64,000 nt of DNA from Rikenellaceae bacterium (GTDB taxonomy: Bacteria; Bacteroidota; Bacteroidia; Bacteroidales; Rikenellaceae), in assembly GCA_047178625.1 (NCBI GenBank), contig JBCQTJ010000003.1:22997-86996 (forward strand). Reading direction: 5' to 3'. The notes below the pieces were generated by a model. That model was given only the letters and a program-made list of their open reading frames with translations, was not told the origin of the DNA and did no database searches. The position numbers were made by a program, and so were the translations under genes. Of the stretch, positions 37,501-46,819 are shown piece by piece (position 1 is the stretch's first letter; each line of letters opens with the position of its first letter).

Positions 37501-37713
37501 GATCGCACGCTCCAACGGGTCGGTAAGTTGAAGCTCCACCTCGTGGGGCGAGGCACCAGGGTAGGTCGTTACGACCATCGCCTGCTTCACCCTAATCGCT
37601 GGATCCTCCAACTTGCTCATCTGGTCGTAGGAGAAGATACCTCCGATGACCAAGATCGCCACTATATAATATATCAGCTTGCTATTGGCAAGCGCCCATT
37701 TGCTTATATTCAT
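34594..37713 (-). CDS. RND efflux transporter permease (AcrB/AcrD/AcrF family)
   Basis: YPGASP.EVE, GMLVDNAIV, RFRPVMMASLTTILG. Confidence 0.96.
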   Translation of the reverse strand: MNISKWALANSKLIYYIVAILVIGGIFSYDQMSKLEDPAIRVKQAMVVTTYPGASPHEVELQLTDPLERAIYSMNGIYRLTSQSSADLSIITVDLIKTIPDDEIEQYWDILRRSVADVQSKLPEGASSSIVIDTYGDVFGMFYALSSDGQSNEELADYASLLRREIQQIEGISKVELYGVLEPVINISIYEERMANLGVSPIEVVQTIQGQSNVVYSGYYRSGDKRIRVSVDDKYRNAEELEQVVIRGHEGDQIRLSDIAKVERGYADPTRRALFYDRQPSIGISISALAGSDITKVGAEVERLIERLTASKLPLGVECNKVFFQPDKVADAIDTFILNLIASILIVIVVLMFAMGLRSGVLLGVTLVATVLGSILFLNLFDGTLQRVSLGAFILAMGMLVDNAIVIVDGILIDQQRGRLRTRALTEIGRKTAMPLLGATLIAIIAFLPLFLSPDTTGVYIRDLFVVLAVSLMLSWVLSLTMVPLQAKWMLGGAKAKAEPKPKRKSFTQRALNATLKWTLHNRTVTVVLAVILTASSAAIYQILPQSFFPDLSYNQLYIEYKLDESSSSDHTQHDLDQIAEYLLSREDVCHVTTSVGATPSRYNLVRSIATPALSYGDIIVEFRDEEALVSAIPELQRRLSDSYPHSYVRVKRYNLMYNRYPIEVTFRGPDPDVLRSLTHQAQAIMEQCPDITLVTSDWDRKVPVLEVEYNQQIANELGLSRQDVALSLMASTDGIPTGVIYNGNDVDKIIVKCVDSDGNRLDQIETAPIFSMLPSMGILNQETLRGVMTGAISKEELLDEIITTIPLSQAVDGVNLKWEDPIIIRYKGERAMRAQCNNVMEVSAEDARKQILGAIEAIELPEGYSMEWQGEYETRRDSMKYLFGNFPLAIFLMIGILIMLFKDYRKPLIIMLCVPLLLFGAIFGVWLSMKPFGFVAICGVLGLIGMMIKNGVVLMDEMTLQISEGKEPYQALLDSSDSRFRPVMMASLTTILGMVPLLPDAMFGSLAATIMGGLLVGTLVTLIFIPTLYSILFNIKIK

Positions 37714-37725
37714 AACTTAATTTGC

Positions 37726-38787
37726 TTAAAGAACTCCTCCAACATTCGACTCGGATGGCTGCTCCAGAGCCCTCACACTCTGCCCCTCCTTGAGCGATTT
37801 GACCCCTGCGGTGATCACCTCGTCGCCCGACTTTAGCCCTGTGACTCTTGCTCTGCCTCGATTCGAGATCTTTAGTACCTCGATCTTGCGCAATGTTGCT
37901 CGGCCCTCCTCGATCAACCATACGGCCGACTCGCCATCTCGCTCGACTATCGCTGCAAACGCTATCTCCACCGCCTCTTTTTGCTCTACTGGGTAGCGTA
38001 GAGTCACCATTGCCGACATTCCTGCTGTTGGGGCGGCCTCCGTGTTCTTGCCGACAATCCTAAATCGAGCCTCATAGAGCTGGTTGAGGTTGGCCTTGTG
38101 GGTGATTCCGATGGGCTCCAACCTAAACTCCGCCTCGGGGAAGAGGTCGATCGTCGCAACGGCTGAGTGGAGCGACTCATAGCGAACATACTCGCTCGCA
38201 GGGATGTTCGCCACCACCTCGGGGCTTAGGTCCGAGACCATCTTGATGATGGGCGTCCCTGCCGCCACAGCCTCGCCTCGCTCGAAGCCTATGCTCTGGA
38301 TATAACCGCTGTATGGTGCCTTTAACTCCGTGTCGCAGAGTGCGTTGGTGTGGGCTTGTAGCTTCGCCTCGATCTGCCTCTTTCCGTTTGTCGCCTTGTC
38401 GAAGTCGTTCTCGGTGACACTCTCCTTTGCGTAGAGGGCGATCACTCGGTCGGCCTCGGAGCTTATCGCCTTGTACTCGGCTGTTGTGGCTGCCAACTGA
38501 ACCTCGTAGTCTCGAGGGTCGAGCTTTGCTATCACCTCGCCATTCGTCACTCGTTGCCCCTCACGCACCTCGATCTTCTCTATGATGCCTGCCACTCGGA
38601 ACGAGCAGTTCGACTCCTTGGCGGCGTATAGTTTGGCAGGGTAGCTTGTCGATGTGGTCTCTTGCGATAGAGCCTCGACCACCTCGCTGTTTACTCGCCT
38701 CGCCCCTTGGGCCTCTCTGCTCTGCTCTGCACAGCTGCCCAAAATTAGGGCTGAAAATAGGATTAAACCTAAATTTACTCTTTTCAT
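37726..38787 (-). CDS. RND periplasmic adaptor (membrane fusion) lipoprotein
   Basis: Lipobox LGSC; FRVAG.I....V.EG, LKAPYSG, GL..GD.VITAG; promoter motif at 38847-38854. Confidence 0.93.
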   Translation of the reverse strand: MKRVNLGLILFSALILGSCAEQSREAQGARRVNSEVVEALSQETTSTSYPAKLYAAKESNCSFRVAGIIEKIEVREGQRVTNGEVIAKLDPRDYEVQLAATTAEYKAISSEADRVIALYAKESVTENDFDKATNGKRQIEAKLQAHTNALCDTELKAPYSGYIQSIGFERGEAVAAGTPIIKMVSDLSPEVVANIPASEYVRYESLHSAVATIDLFPEAEFRLEPIGITHKANLNQLYEARFRIVGKNTEAAPTAGMSAMVTLRYPVEQKEAVEIAFAAIVERDGESAVWLIEEGRATLRKIEVLKISNRGRARVTGLKSGDEVITAGVKSLKEGQSVRALEQPSESNVGGVL

Positions 38788-38949
38788 ATTCTTTGCTTTT
38801 TCTCTTTTAATCTGCTTTAAATGAACCTCTTTATGGTTCGATGCTACAAAGGTAGTGGCTTTTTTTGCGATTTTTTACCTCTATTTGTGGCAAAAAGTGT
38901 TCATATTTAGGTTTTTTTGCTATTTTTGTAGTCAAAATAGAGTTTATAA

Positions 38950-39798
38950 ATGCTAACATCACCTCAATATATCTCGCACCGACTCGCCAACCTCGACGAG
39001 CTAAAGAGCCAATTCACACAGCCCCAACAGATTCAGGCAGGTGGCTTCCTGCTCTGCCTCTCGGGTGAGGGCGATGTGGTGGTCGACAATAAGCAGTTTC
39101 ATCTCCGACCCAACGACCTGATCGTCGCCTTCCCCTACTCCGTAGTGCAGGCCCTCTCGTCGAGCGACGACTTCGACTGCATCCTCATCGAGGTGAAGAT
39201 CGACTTCTTCGCCAAGATCCAAGTCTCGAACAAGAGCCACTACTTCACAACCATCAAGGAGCACCCAAGCATCCAGCTGAGCCGTGAGGAGGCCAAGCGG
39301 ATAATTTCCTTAAGCGAGATGTTCTTAGAGGGCTACGACCTCCCCCTCTCGCACCCCTTCCGTGACGAGATCAACGAGTCGGTCCTGAAGGTGGTCCTCT
39401 ACGAGATAGCCGCCATCTACGACCGCCGAAGCCCCAATGTCGAGCAGAAGCGGAGTCGTGACGACACAATTTTTCACAGTTTCATAGTCTGCCTATTCCA
39501 AAATTATAGGCGTGAGCGCACTCTCGAATACTACGCCCAGCGCCAACAGATCACCGCTGGACACCTTTCGAAGGTGGTAAGGCGTGTATCGGGACGAGGG
39601 GCCTCGGAGTGGATTGCCGACTGTGTGGTGAGCAATATCCGCTTTATGTTGGAGGACCACACCATCCCTATCTCTCGCATCGCCGAGGAGTTTTATTTCC
39701 CCAACAACTCCTTCTTCTCGCAATATTTTAGGCGATATGTCGGGGTGAGTCCAAGAGCCTACCGAGCTGGGGCAGAGCAGAGGATAAATGTAGAATAG
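38950..39798 (+). CDS. AraC family transcriptional regulator, divergent from the efflux operon
   Basis: YYA.......HLS..V...SG; ISRIA....F...SFFS.YFRR.VG.SP..YR. Confidence 0.92.
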   Translation: MLTSPQYISHRLANLDELKSQFTQPQQIQAGGFLLCLSGEGDVVVDNKQFHLRPNDLIVAFPYSVVQALSSSDDFDCILIEVKIDFFAKIQVSNKSHYFTTIKEHPSIQLSREEAKRIISLSEMFLEGYDLPLSHPFRDEINESVLKVVLYEIAAIYDRRSPNVEQKRSRDDTIFHSFIVCLFQNYRRERTLEYYAQRQQITAGHLSKVVRRVSGRGASEWIADCVVSNIRFMLEDHTIPISRIAEEFYFPNNSFFSQYFRRYVGVSPRAYRAGAEQRINVE

Positions 39799-39847
39799 GG
39801 GTATAAAAAACCGTAAAATTTTGTATCTTTGCACCATTATGGGAAAG

Positions 39848-41260
39848 ATGAGAAGAAAAAAGGCAAATTATCCGCTAATCGAGGGGTTGGAGATCACAAC
39901 TCTCGCGGCCGAGGGCAAGGCGATGGGCCGATATAACGACATCGTTGTATTTGTGCCGATGACAGTCCCTGGCGACGTGGTAGATGTTCAGATTCGGTCT
40001 AAACGACGTCGCTTTATGGAGGGCGTTGTGGTGAACTATATCAAGCGATCGGAGCTTCGTGCCGAGCCATTTTGCGAACACTTCGGAGTATGCGGAGGGT
40101 GTAAGTGGCAGAATCTGCCCTATGGCGAGCAGCTTAGGTTCAAGGGCGAGCAGGTGCGTGACCAACTCACCAGAATTGGCCACCTCACCCTCCCCGAAAT
40201 CGACCCCTGCTTAGGCTCCGAGAAGCAGCAGTTCTACCGCAATAAGTTGGAGTTCACCTTCACCCCAAAGAGGTGGTTGACCTATGAGGAGATCGCCGCT
40301 GAGGGCGACATCGAGGCGACCCCAGCGTTGGGATTCCATATCCCTGGGATGTTCGACAAGGTGTTGGACATTAATAAATGTTGGTTGCAGGGCGACCCAT
40401 CGAACCAGATTAGAGAGAGCGTCAAGCTCTTCTGCATCGAGAATGGGCTGAGCTTCCACGATGCACGATCGCACGTGGGGTTGATGCGTGGCATCATAAT
40501 TCGCACCTCGTCGAATGGCGATGTGATGGTGATCGTCCACTTCGGAGAGCAGGATGATGAGCGAATTGAGCTCTTGATGAGCTTTATTAAGGGCCGCTTT
40601 TTGGAGGTCTCGTCTCTATTCTATGTCGTGAACCTAAAGCTAAACGACTCGATCAGCGACCAGACCCCGATCCTCTACTCGGGCAAGGACCACATTATGG
40701 AGCAGATGGAGGGGTTGAGCTTCAAGATCGGCCCCAAGTCTTTCTATCAGACCAATTCGGAGCAGGCCTACGAGCTCTATAAGTTGACCCGTGAGATGGC
40801 CGACTTAAGGGAGAGCGACACCCTCTACGACCTCTATACAGGGACGGGCACGATCGCCAACTTCTGTGCCTCGAAGTGCGCAAAGGTTGTTGGTGTGGAG
40901 TATGTCGAGGAGGCGATCGAGGATGCACACATCAACTCGGAGAATAACTCGATCAGCAATACGGTGTTCTATGCAGGCGATATGAAGAGGGTGATGAGCG
41001 ATGAGTTTGTCGAGAGTAATGGCCATCCCGATGTGATAATTTTGGACCCTCCGAGGGCAGGAGTCGACGAGCCCGTGATAGATGTGATCCTAAGGGCCTC
41101 ACCCGACAGAATAGTCTATGTGAGCTGCAACCCAGCGACTCAGGCGAGGGATCTGGCACTATTCGACCCCTATTATAGCATCGAGCGGGTGCAGCCAGTC
41201 GATATGTTCCCCCATACTCACCACGTGGAGAATATCGTGAAGTTAGTCAAGAGAGTTTGA
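39848..41260 (+). CDS. rlmD: 23S rRNA m5U1939 methyltransferase (start 39839 or 39848)
   Basis: TRAM domain, CEHFGVCGGC, SFYQTN, DPPRAG, YVSCNP, DMFPHTHHVE. Confidence 0.95.
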   Translation: MRRKKANYPLIEGLEITTLAAEGKAMGRYNDIVVFVPMTVPGDVVDVQIRSKRRRFMEGVVVNYIKRSELRAEPFCEHFGVCGGCKWQNLPYGEQLRFKGEQVRDQLTRIGHLTLPEIDPCLGSEKQQFYRNKLEFTFTPKRWLTYEEIAAEGDIEATPALGFHIPGMFDKVLDINKCWLQGDPSNQIRESVKLFCIENGLSFHDARSHVGLMRGIIIRTSSNGDVMVIVHFGEQDDERIELLMSFIKGRFLEVSSLFYVVNLKLNDSISDQTPILYSGKDHIMEQMEGLSFKIGPKSFYQTNSEQAYELYKLTREMADLRESDTLYDLYTGTGTIANFCASKCAKVVGVEYVEEAIEDAHINSENNSISNTVFYAGDMKRVMSDEFVESNGHPDVIILDPPRAGVDEPVIDVILRASPDRIVYVSCNPATQARDLALFDPYYSIERVQPVDMFPHTHHVENIVKLVKRV

Positions 41261-41271
41261 TAAATCAATAC

Positions 41272-41321
41272 AATAAAGAGACGAGAGATTGATGAAATTC
41301 CCAATCTCTCGTCTCTTTATT
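41272..41321. terminator. Bidirectional terminator, 20-bp perfect inverted repeat
   Basis: AATAAAGAGACGAGAGATTG / CAATCTCTCGTCTCTTTATT between convergent rlmD and trxB. Confidence 0.82.
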
Positions 41322-41334
41322 TATATAGGTGCGA

Positions 41335-42258
41335 CTAAAGTGAGCTAAGGAATCGCTCACAATCAAGACTCGCAACACACCCCGATCCAGCGGCAGTGAC
41401 AGCCTGCCTATAGTGTGGATCCTTGACATCGCCAGCGGCAAATACACCCTCGACACTTGTCTTAGATGTGCCAGCCTCGGTGACGATATAACCCTCTGCA
41501 TCGAGCTCCAACTGTCCCTTAACGAGCGAGGTCTGTGGGGTGTGTCCAATGGCTAAGAACATTCCAGCGACATCTAAGCGGCGCTCCTCGCCAAAGGTGT
41601 TCGTGATCGAGACCCCAGTGACCCCCGACATATCGCCCAACACCTCACGCACGTTACTATCAAAAATTACCTCGATATTTTCCGTATCAAAGACCCTCTT
41701 CTGCATCGCCTTCGAGGCCCTGAGATAATCCTTGCGAACAACCAAATAGACCTGCTTACAGAGCGAGGCCAAATAGGTCGCCTCTTCGCAGGCTGTGTCG
41801 CCGCCGCCAACGACCACGACATCCTTCTTGCGATAGAAAAATCCATCGCAGGTGGCGCAAGCACTCACACCCTGCCCCCTATACTGCATCTCTGAGGGGA
41901 GGCCGAGGTATTTGGCCGTAGCTCCCGTTGCGATGATGATTGTCTCTGCCTCGATCTGGTGGGCTCCATCGGCAATGACCTTGAATGGGCGGCTGCTGAG
42001 GTCCACCTCTGTGATCACCCCTGTGCGGATGTCGGCTCCGAAGCGCTTCGCCTGACGACGTAGGTCATCCATCATCTGATTTCCATCTACTCCGTCGGGG
42101 TAGCCTGGGAAGTTCTCGATCTCGGTGGTTGTTGTGAGCTGTCCACCAGGCTCGATTCCCTCATACAATACTGGCGCAAGGTTGGCGCGCGAAAGGTAGA
42201 TCGCCGAGGTGAATCCTGCTGGGCCGCTACCTATTATTAGTGTCTTTATACTCTCCAT
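41335..42258 (-). CDS. trxB: Thioredoxin-disulfide reductase
   Basis: GSGPAG, GGQLTTT, SACATCDG, GGGDTA.EEA, FAAGDV, RQAVTAAG. Confidence 0.98.
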   Translation of the reverse strand: MESIKTLIIGSGPAGFTSAIYLSRANLAPVLYEGIEPGGQLTTTTEIENFPGYPDGVDGNQMMDDLRRQAKRFGADIRTGVITEVDLSSRPFKVIADGAHQIEAETIIIATGATAKYLGLPSEMQYRGQGVSACATCDGFFYRKKDVVVVGGGDTACEEATYLASLCKQVYLVVRKDYLRASKAMQKRVFDTENIEVIFDSNVREVLGDMSGVTGVSITNTFGEERRLDVAGMFLAIGHTPQTSLVKGQLELDAEGYIVTEAGTSKTSVEGVFAAGDVKDPHYRQAVTAAGSGCVASLDCERFLSSL

Positions 42259-42264
42259 AGTTCT

Positions 42265-43136
42265 TTATTTAATTGTCATTGTTAACGTCCCTATACTCAT
42301 CATCGAGATCATATCTATCACCGAGACATTACACCCCAAGGCTCGATGTCCCTGTTCGGATAGCGATCCTTTCATCTCTCGGACCAGTGGATAGAAGCTC
42401 TTGGGCACTATCGACGAGGCTCTGGCCATCATCTGGACGAAGCGGTCGGGGTGTTGTGAGATCTCCTCGTCGGTGGGGAATAGCAGCTCGGGCGAGTATT
42501 TGCGATCTTCGAGGTGGATGTTTAGCAACAACACCCCTCCATCGTTGGTCCCCAACTCCATAATCCTCGTGGCGGCATCGACCACAGAGCCTAAGTCGCT
42601 GTCGGTCGGGTGGCCATCGGTAATGTGTAGCACCGTTGGGGCCACACTCTCGTAGTTCTCGGGGCGAGAGCACCATCTATCCATAATCTCGTAGAGGTAG
42701 AACATCGCCTCCAGCATCGGTGTCGCACCCTTAGCCTCTAATAGCATTGTTGCATTGCTCACCTCGCCCAAACTCTCTCTTGTCGAGAAGGTGGTGAGTG
42801 CGTGGAGGTTAATCCATCTGCTACCACTCTTTGAGCACATCTCGTCGAGGGAGGCCACCGAGATGAATGGTTCGTCGACGGAGTCGGTGAGCAGCGAGAC
42901 GATGTGGTCGTTGTAGTATCCCACAACCGCAATGTCGTAGTAATCACGCACTTTGCTACACCCCATCGCCCTCATATATAGTTCACTAAGCACCCTATTG
43001 CTTGCCTTCGAAAGTGCCTCGATCTTTGTTATTTGGTTGCCCTCGAAGTCGATCACATCCATAGGTCGAGCATCATAACGAAGGCTGTGCGGTGGAGGCG
43101 TGTTATCGTCCTTGTGTAGCTATCTCTTGATTCCAT
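42265..43136 (-). pseudogene. vWA (TerY-like) domain gene, frameshifted at ~43063 with loss of the DxSxS MIDAS motif
   Basis: Frame 1 from 43136 reads MESRDSYTRTITRLHRTAFVMMLD, then 2 extra nt, then frame 2 MDVIDF...DYYDIAVVGY...GATPM...HITDG. Confidence 0.7.
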
Positions 43137-43148
43137 TTTTTTTCTCTG

Positions 43149-44891
43149 TTATAATCCTCTAACGGCCTTGAAGTCAGCCTCTCTAATTGCCTCGTCCTGA
43201 GTATCATTGCCATAACCTACGGCCATCGAGAGTGAGCAGTCACGCTCTCGGTCGCTCTCTGTCATCCTCTCCAGCTCCTCGCCGCTCCTTAGTGCTGCCT
43301 CTATTGTCTGAGTGATCTCCTCGGCCGAGGGGTTGTGTCCCAACAATTGCGCCAAAAGAGCGTGGGCATAGGTGTGGGCGTAATCCTCGTATCGAGTGGC
43401 GAACTCCTTGAAGGCGAGCCCCACTTGCGAGAGCTGAGTGATCTCACCCTCCTCTGCGCGACTCATAAGCTCCTCGACAAACGAGACAGGGACATAGGCC
43501 CCAGCGACATCCAACCACTCGCCCGAGTAGGGGGTATCGCCGCTAAGTGTCAGCTTACCACGTGAGAGCATCGCCCCAATCGAGGCCGCTATCGCCTTGT
43601 TGTAGAGTGTCAAACCACGACGGAGGTGGGCCCTGCGGATCGTCACCCTCTCCCACATATACTCATCCGCCTTCTCGTCGCTCTCGCTGAGCGAGTGGAG
43701 GGCGTTGACTCCTCGGACCATCGCCCCAGTGATGTAGGGGTTGTGCTCCTCGTAATTTATCACATCTCTAAATGTCGTTCTCTTGTCTCGTTGCTCCCAC
43801 TTTGCCGTGTCACGTTTTGTGCCATAGCTCGTTAGGTTGGCAGCAGGCATCAACATCGAGCGCCCCTTGGCGGTGTCGTCGATGAGGTAGGAGTAGGGTA
43901 GCGCCGAGGTGTCGTGGTGCTTGGCGTGATACCCCTTAACCATCGTGAAGGCCCCCTCTCTTGCGGGCGACATCACATAGGCTCCACTTGCGAATTTGCA
44001 GCCTCGGGGGTGGATCGCTTGGTGCACAGCGCCACACTTGAAGAGGTGGTTGCTCTGGTTCGAGCCACTTCCTGCATTGAAGAACGAGAAGAGGCCCGCT
44101 ATCAAGAGCGATGATTTGTGGTGCGACACGGTGTAGGGACCAGCGAATATCGCCGCCGCCTCACCATTCTCGAGGTGTGACGAGGCGAAGATGAGCGAGT
44201 CGATAGCCGAGAACATTGAGGCCACGATGGCCCTCTCGCCCACGAAGCAGCGCTCCAACGAAGCCCCCGTGTCGAGACGAGCATCTTCGGCTATGATGAA
44301 CTCACGAGCCTTTACGTCGACCCCGACAAAGCTGCCCGAGAGGATAGTTCCGCACTCCAAAAGCGATGCACCATCGATTGTCACCGAGTCACCGATCGCC
44401 ACCTCACGGATGAACTTCACACCGATGATCTTGGAGCCTCGCCCCACACGCCCCATCGAGGAGCGACTCAGCTCACTATACTCGCCGACCAGAGAATCGA
44501 GCCTCTCGACAAAGGCCGCTCGATGGCGATTGATCGCCCATAGATAGGCGCACTGAGCCGTAAGCCCCTCGTAGATAGCGACTTTGCGTCCGCCATTCTC
44601 GTTGATTGTGCTCACCTCGACACCATTTCCGAAGGTGGATGCCGCCCTACACTCCAACCTGCCGACCCCCTCGATCCTCGCCTCGGCGCCAATCGAGTAG
44701 TTCTCAATATATGAGTCGATGATGATAGCTCCGCTACCAATCTCCACAGAGCCACTTAGTCGCACGTTCGAGAGCTGTCGGGGCGAGAAATCCTCGCTCA
44801 CCATAACGCTCTCCCACCCCTCGCAGCGACAGCTACGGGCGATGAGCTCTTGTTGCTCCTCTGTTGTTAAATGTCGCAATTTATCCATCAT
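43149..44891 (-). CDS. DUF4954-like protein (left-handed beta-helix repeats)
   Basis: FGNGVEV...NE.GGR, ENGEA.AIFAGPYTVSHHKSSLLI, F.FFNAGSGSNQSNH. Confidence 0.8.
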   Translation of the reverse strand: MMDKLRHLTTEEQQELIARSCRCEGWESVMVSEDFSPRQLSNVRLSGSVEIGSGAIIIDSYIENYSIGAEARIEGVGRLECRAASTFGNGVEVSTINENGGRKVAIYEGLTAQCAYLWAINRHRAAFVERLDSLVGEYSELSRSSMGRVGRGSKIIGVKFIREVAIGDSVTIDGASLLECGTILSGSFVGVDVKAREFIIAEDARLDTGASLERCFVGERAIVASMFSAIDSLIFASSHLENGEAAAIFAGPYTVSHHKSSLLIAGLFSFFNAGSGSNQSNHLFKCGAVHQAIHPRGCKFASGAYVMSPAREGAFTMVKGYHAKHHDTSALPYSYLIDDTAKGRSMLMPAANLTSYGTKRDTAKWEQRDKRTTFRDVINYEEHNPYITGAMVRGVNALHSLSESDEKADEYMWERVTIRRAHLRRGLTLYNKAIAASIGAMLSRGKLTLSGDTPYSGEWLDVAGAYVPVSFVEELMSRAEEGEITQLSQVGLAFKEFATRYEDYAHTYAHALLAQLLGHNPSAEEITQTIEAALRSGEELERMTESDRERDCSLSMAVGYGNDTQDEAIREADFKAVRGL

Positions 44892-44896
44892 AGTTT

Positions 44897-46018
44897 TTAT
44901 ATTTTACGTTTGGGCGGTTTTCTGCCGCTTAAATCTCCACACCTTTCGACGATCTGACCCTCGCAGTCGATGTAGAACCACCACCTCGAGAGGCGCACTC
45001 GAGCCTCACCACCCGAGAAGTCGAACGCCTCGTCGAAAAGGGGTGGGATTATCACCTCTCGACTCACGCTCGAGCGGAAGCCCCAAAGGCCCAGCTCCTC
45101 GAATGTCTCGAGTGCGAGGGTGTCGACCTCCCTCTGCCGAGTGCTAAACTCGAATAGGGGGAGTAGATTTTTTGTCCCAAGCTTGTCGAACCTAAGGGCC
45201 CGTGATAGGGCGCTGCCAGTAAACTCTCCCTCGCGCCACATTATACTCTCAGCCTCGTCCAAGACCGAGTATTTACGTGAGCCGATCTTCTCGCCATCGA
45301 GCAGCAGACCATCCTCGAAGGGGTGGCGAAACCACAACTCGGGATCTGTTGCTAAGGCCCTAAGCGACAAAGAGATAAGAGCGATCGAGAAGTTGTCCAT
45401 CTCGGCGCCGTACTCCCTCTCTCTTCTCTTTTGGTAGGCTGGTGTGCCTGCCCTGCAAATCTCTCTCCCTCGCTCGATACTCAAAGCCTCGATATAGTTA
45501 AAATCGTTGTCGATGAGCGTCATCCGAAACTCCTCGTCGACAATGATATTCTCGCCACTCAGGTCGGCGTGGGCCCAATCCTCTCGCCTCAGCATCTCCG
45601 CCGCTAAGCTCTCGAACGAGGCGGATAGCCTCCTCAACATCTCCTTCCAAGAGTCGTGATCGAGTGAAAATACTCGCTCCATAACACTCCTAAGCGTGTC
45701 GCCCTCTCGCCACTCACAGATCGCAACGTCGATATATTTTTCACCGTCAAAACGTTGGATCACCATCTCCGATGGGAGAAAATCCGCTCCATATACAGCC
45801 CTAAGCCGCTCACGATCCTCCGTCTGAGAGCGGTAGCAGCGTAGAGCGTACCTCAGCCCGTCAACTCTCACTGGGAAGATCACGGCACTATTGCCCACAA
45901 AAAAGCGCAACCGCCCCACCTCATCCATCTCGAACGTGACACCTCTCTCCCGAAGGCTCCTCAGCGATGAGGCCCCTCGTCTGGCGGACTCTATTATCTC
46001 TATTGTTAGGGTGAACAT
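44897..46018 (-). CDS. Ser/Thr protein kinase-like protein with C-terminal WG repeat
   Basis: GNSAVIF, YALRCY, HADLSGENIIV, LIDND, GTPAYQ, MDNFS; GLWGF....VIIPP.FD.A.DF. Confidence 0.75.
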   Translation of the reverse strand: MFTLTIEIIESARRGASSLRSLRERGVTFEMDEVGRLRFFVGNSAVIFPVRVDGLRYALRCYRSQTEDRERLRAVYGADFLPSEMVIQRFDGEKYIDVAICEWREGDTLRSVMERVFSLDHDSWKEMLRRLSASFESLAAEMLRREDWAHADLSGENIIVDEEFRMTLIDNDFNYIEALSIERGREICRAGTPAYQKRREREYGAEMDNFSIALISLSLRALATDPELWFRHPFEDGLLLDGEKIGSRKYSVLDEAESIMWREGEFTGSALSRALRFDKLGTKNLLPLFEFSTRQREVDTLALETFEELGLWGFRSSVSREVIIPPLFDEAFDFSGGEARVRLSRWWFYIDCEGQIVERCGDLSGRKPPKRKI

Positions 46019-46038
46019 ATTTAAAACATTACTCTGCT

Positions 46039-46119
46039 CGTCATTGCGGACTTGATCCGCAATCTATACTTTTTATATTTTTGCGGATTAGGGATTGCGG
46101 CTCGGAGGCCGCAATGACG
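46039..46119. repeat. CGTC-type REP doublet
   Basis: CGTCATTGCGGACTTGATCCGCAATC...GATTGCGGCTCGGAGGCCGCAATGACG. Confidence 0.85.
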
Positions 46120-46165
46120 ACCCAGAAAAACTGAGGCCACTTTCAGATCAGCCTTGAATAGAGAA

Positions 46166-46205
46166 AATGTTGATAGGCAAGAGCACTCTCCACCTATCAA
46201 CATTC
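46166..46205 (-). terminator. Hairpin downstream of slyD
   Basis: AATGTTGATAGG / CCTATCAACATT inverted repeat. Confidence 0.6.
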
Positions 46206-46233
46206 CTCAAAAAATACGAAAAGAACTTGACTC

Positions 46234-46782
46234 TTAGTTACATCCGCTACCATCGCAACCGCAGTCGCCACAGTCACCGCTGCCGCAGTCACCGCCACCA
46301 CAGCTACATCCGCCGCCCTGAGAGGCCAAATCCTCTGGCTCAACGTCACGAACCATAGCAACCTCAACCTCGAAGTTCAAAGTCGCTCCAGCCATTGGGT
46401 GGTTGAAGTCCATCTTTACAGTCTCATCCCCGACGCTCACAACGAGGCCAACCAAACGGTTGCCAGCAGCATCAGCCATTGGGATCTGATTTCCCTCTAC
46501 CAACATATCCTCTGGGATAACACCCTCAACCTCGAAGATATTCTTTGGAAGATCTACGACAGCCTCTGGGTTCTTCTCACCATATCCATCCTTTGGCTCA
46601 AGTGTGAAGGCCACCTTGTCACCAACCTCTTTTCCGATGATTGCCTCCTCAAACTTAGGAAGCAACATTCCTGTACCACAGATAAACTGAAGTGGTGCAC
46701 CTGCCTGTGACTGGTCTGCGATCTCTCCATTGACAGTTAGCTTGTAGTCTACTGCCACCATTTTGTTGTTTTCTACTTTCAT
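46234..46782 (-). CDS. slyD: FKBP-type peptidyl-prolyl isomerase SlyD with Cys/Gly-rich tail
   Basis: V.VDY.L, L.PKDGYG, MDFNHPMAG.TLNFEVEV. Confidence 0.92.
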   Translation of the reverse strand: MKVENNKMVAVDYKLTVNGEIADQSQAGAPLQFICGTGMLLPKFEEAIIGKEVGDKVAFTLEPKDGYGEKNPEAVVDLPKNIFEVEGVIPEDMLVEGNQIPMADAAGNRLVGLVVSVGDETVKMDFNHPMAGATLNFEVEVAMVRDVEPEDLASQGGGCSCGGGDCGSGDCGDCGCDGSGCN

Positions 46783-46819
46783 TTCCTTACTTTTTATTAA
46801 ATTATAATTTTTTCTCTCT

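Noticed and set aside
46021-46203. 60-aa ORF across the REP doublet
   Set aside because: It spans a repeat and a terminator hairpin and has no coding features
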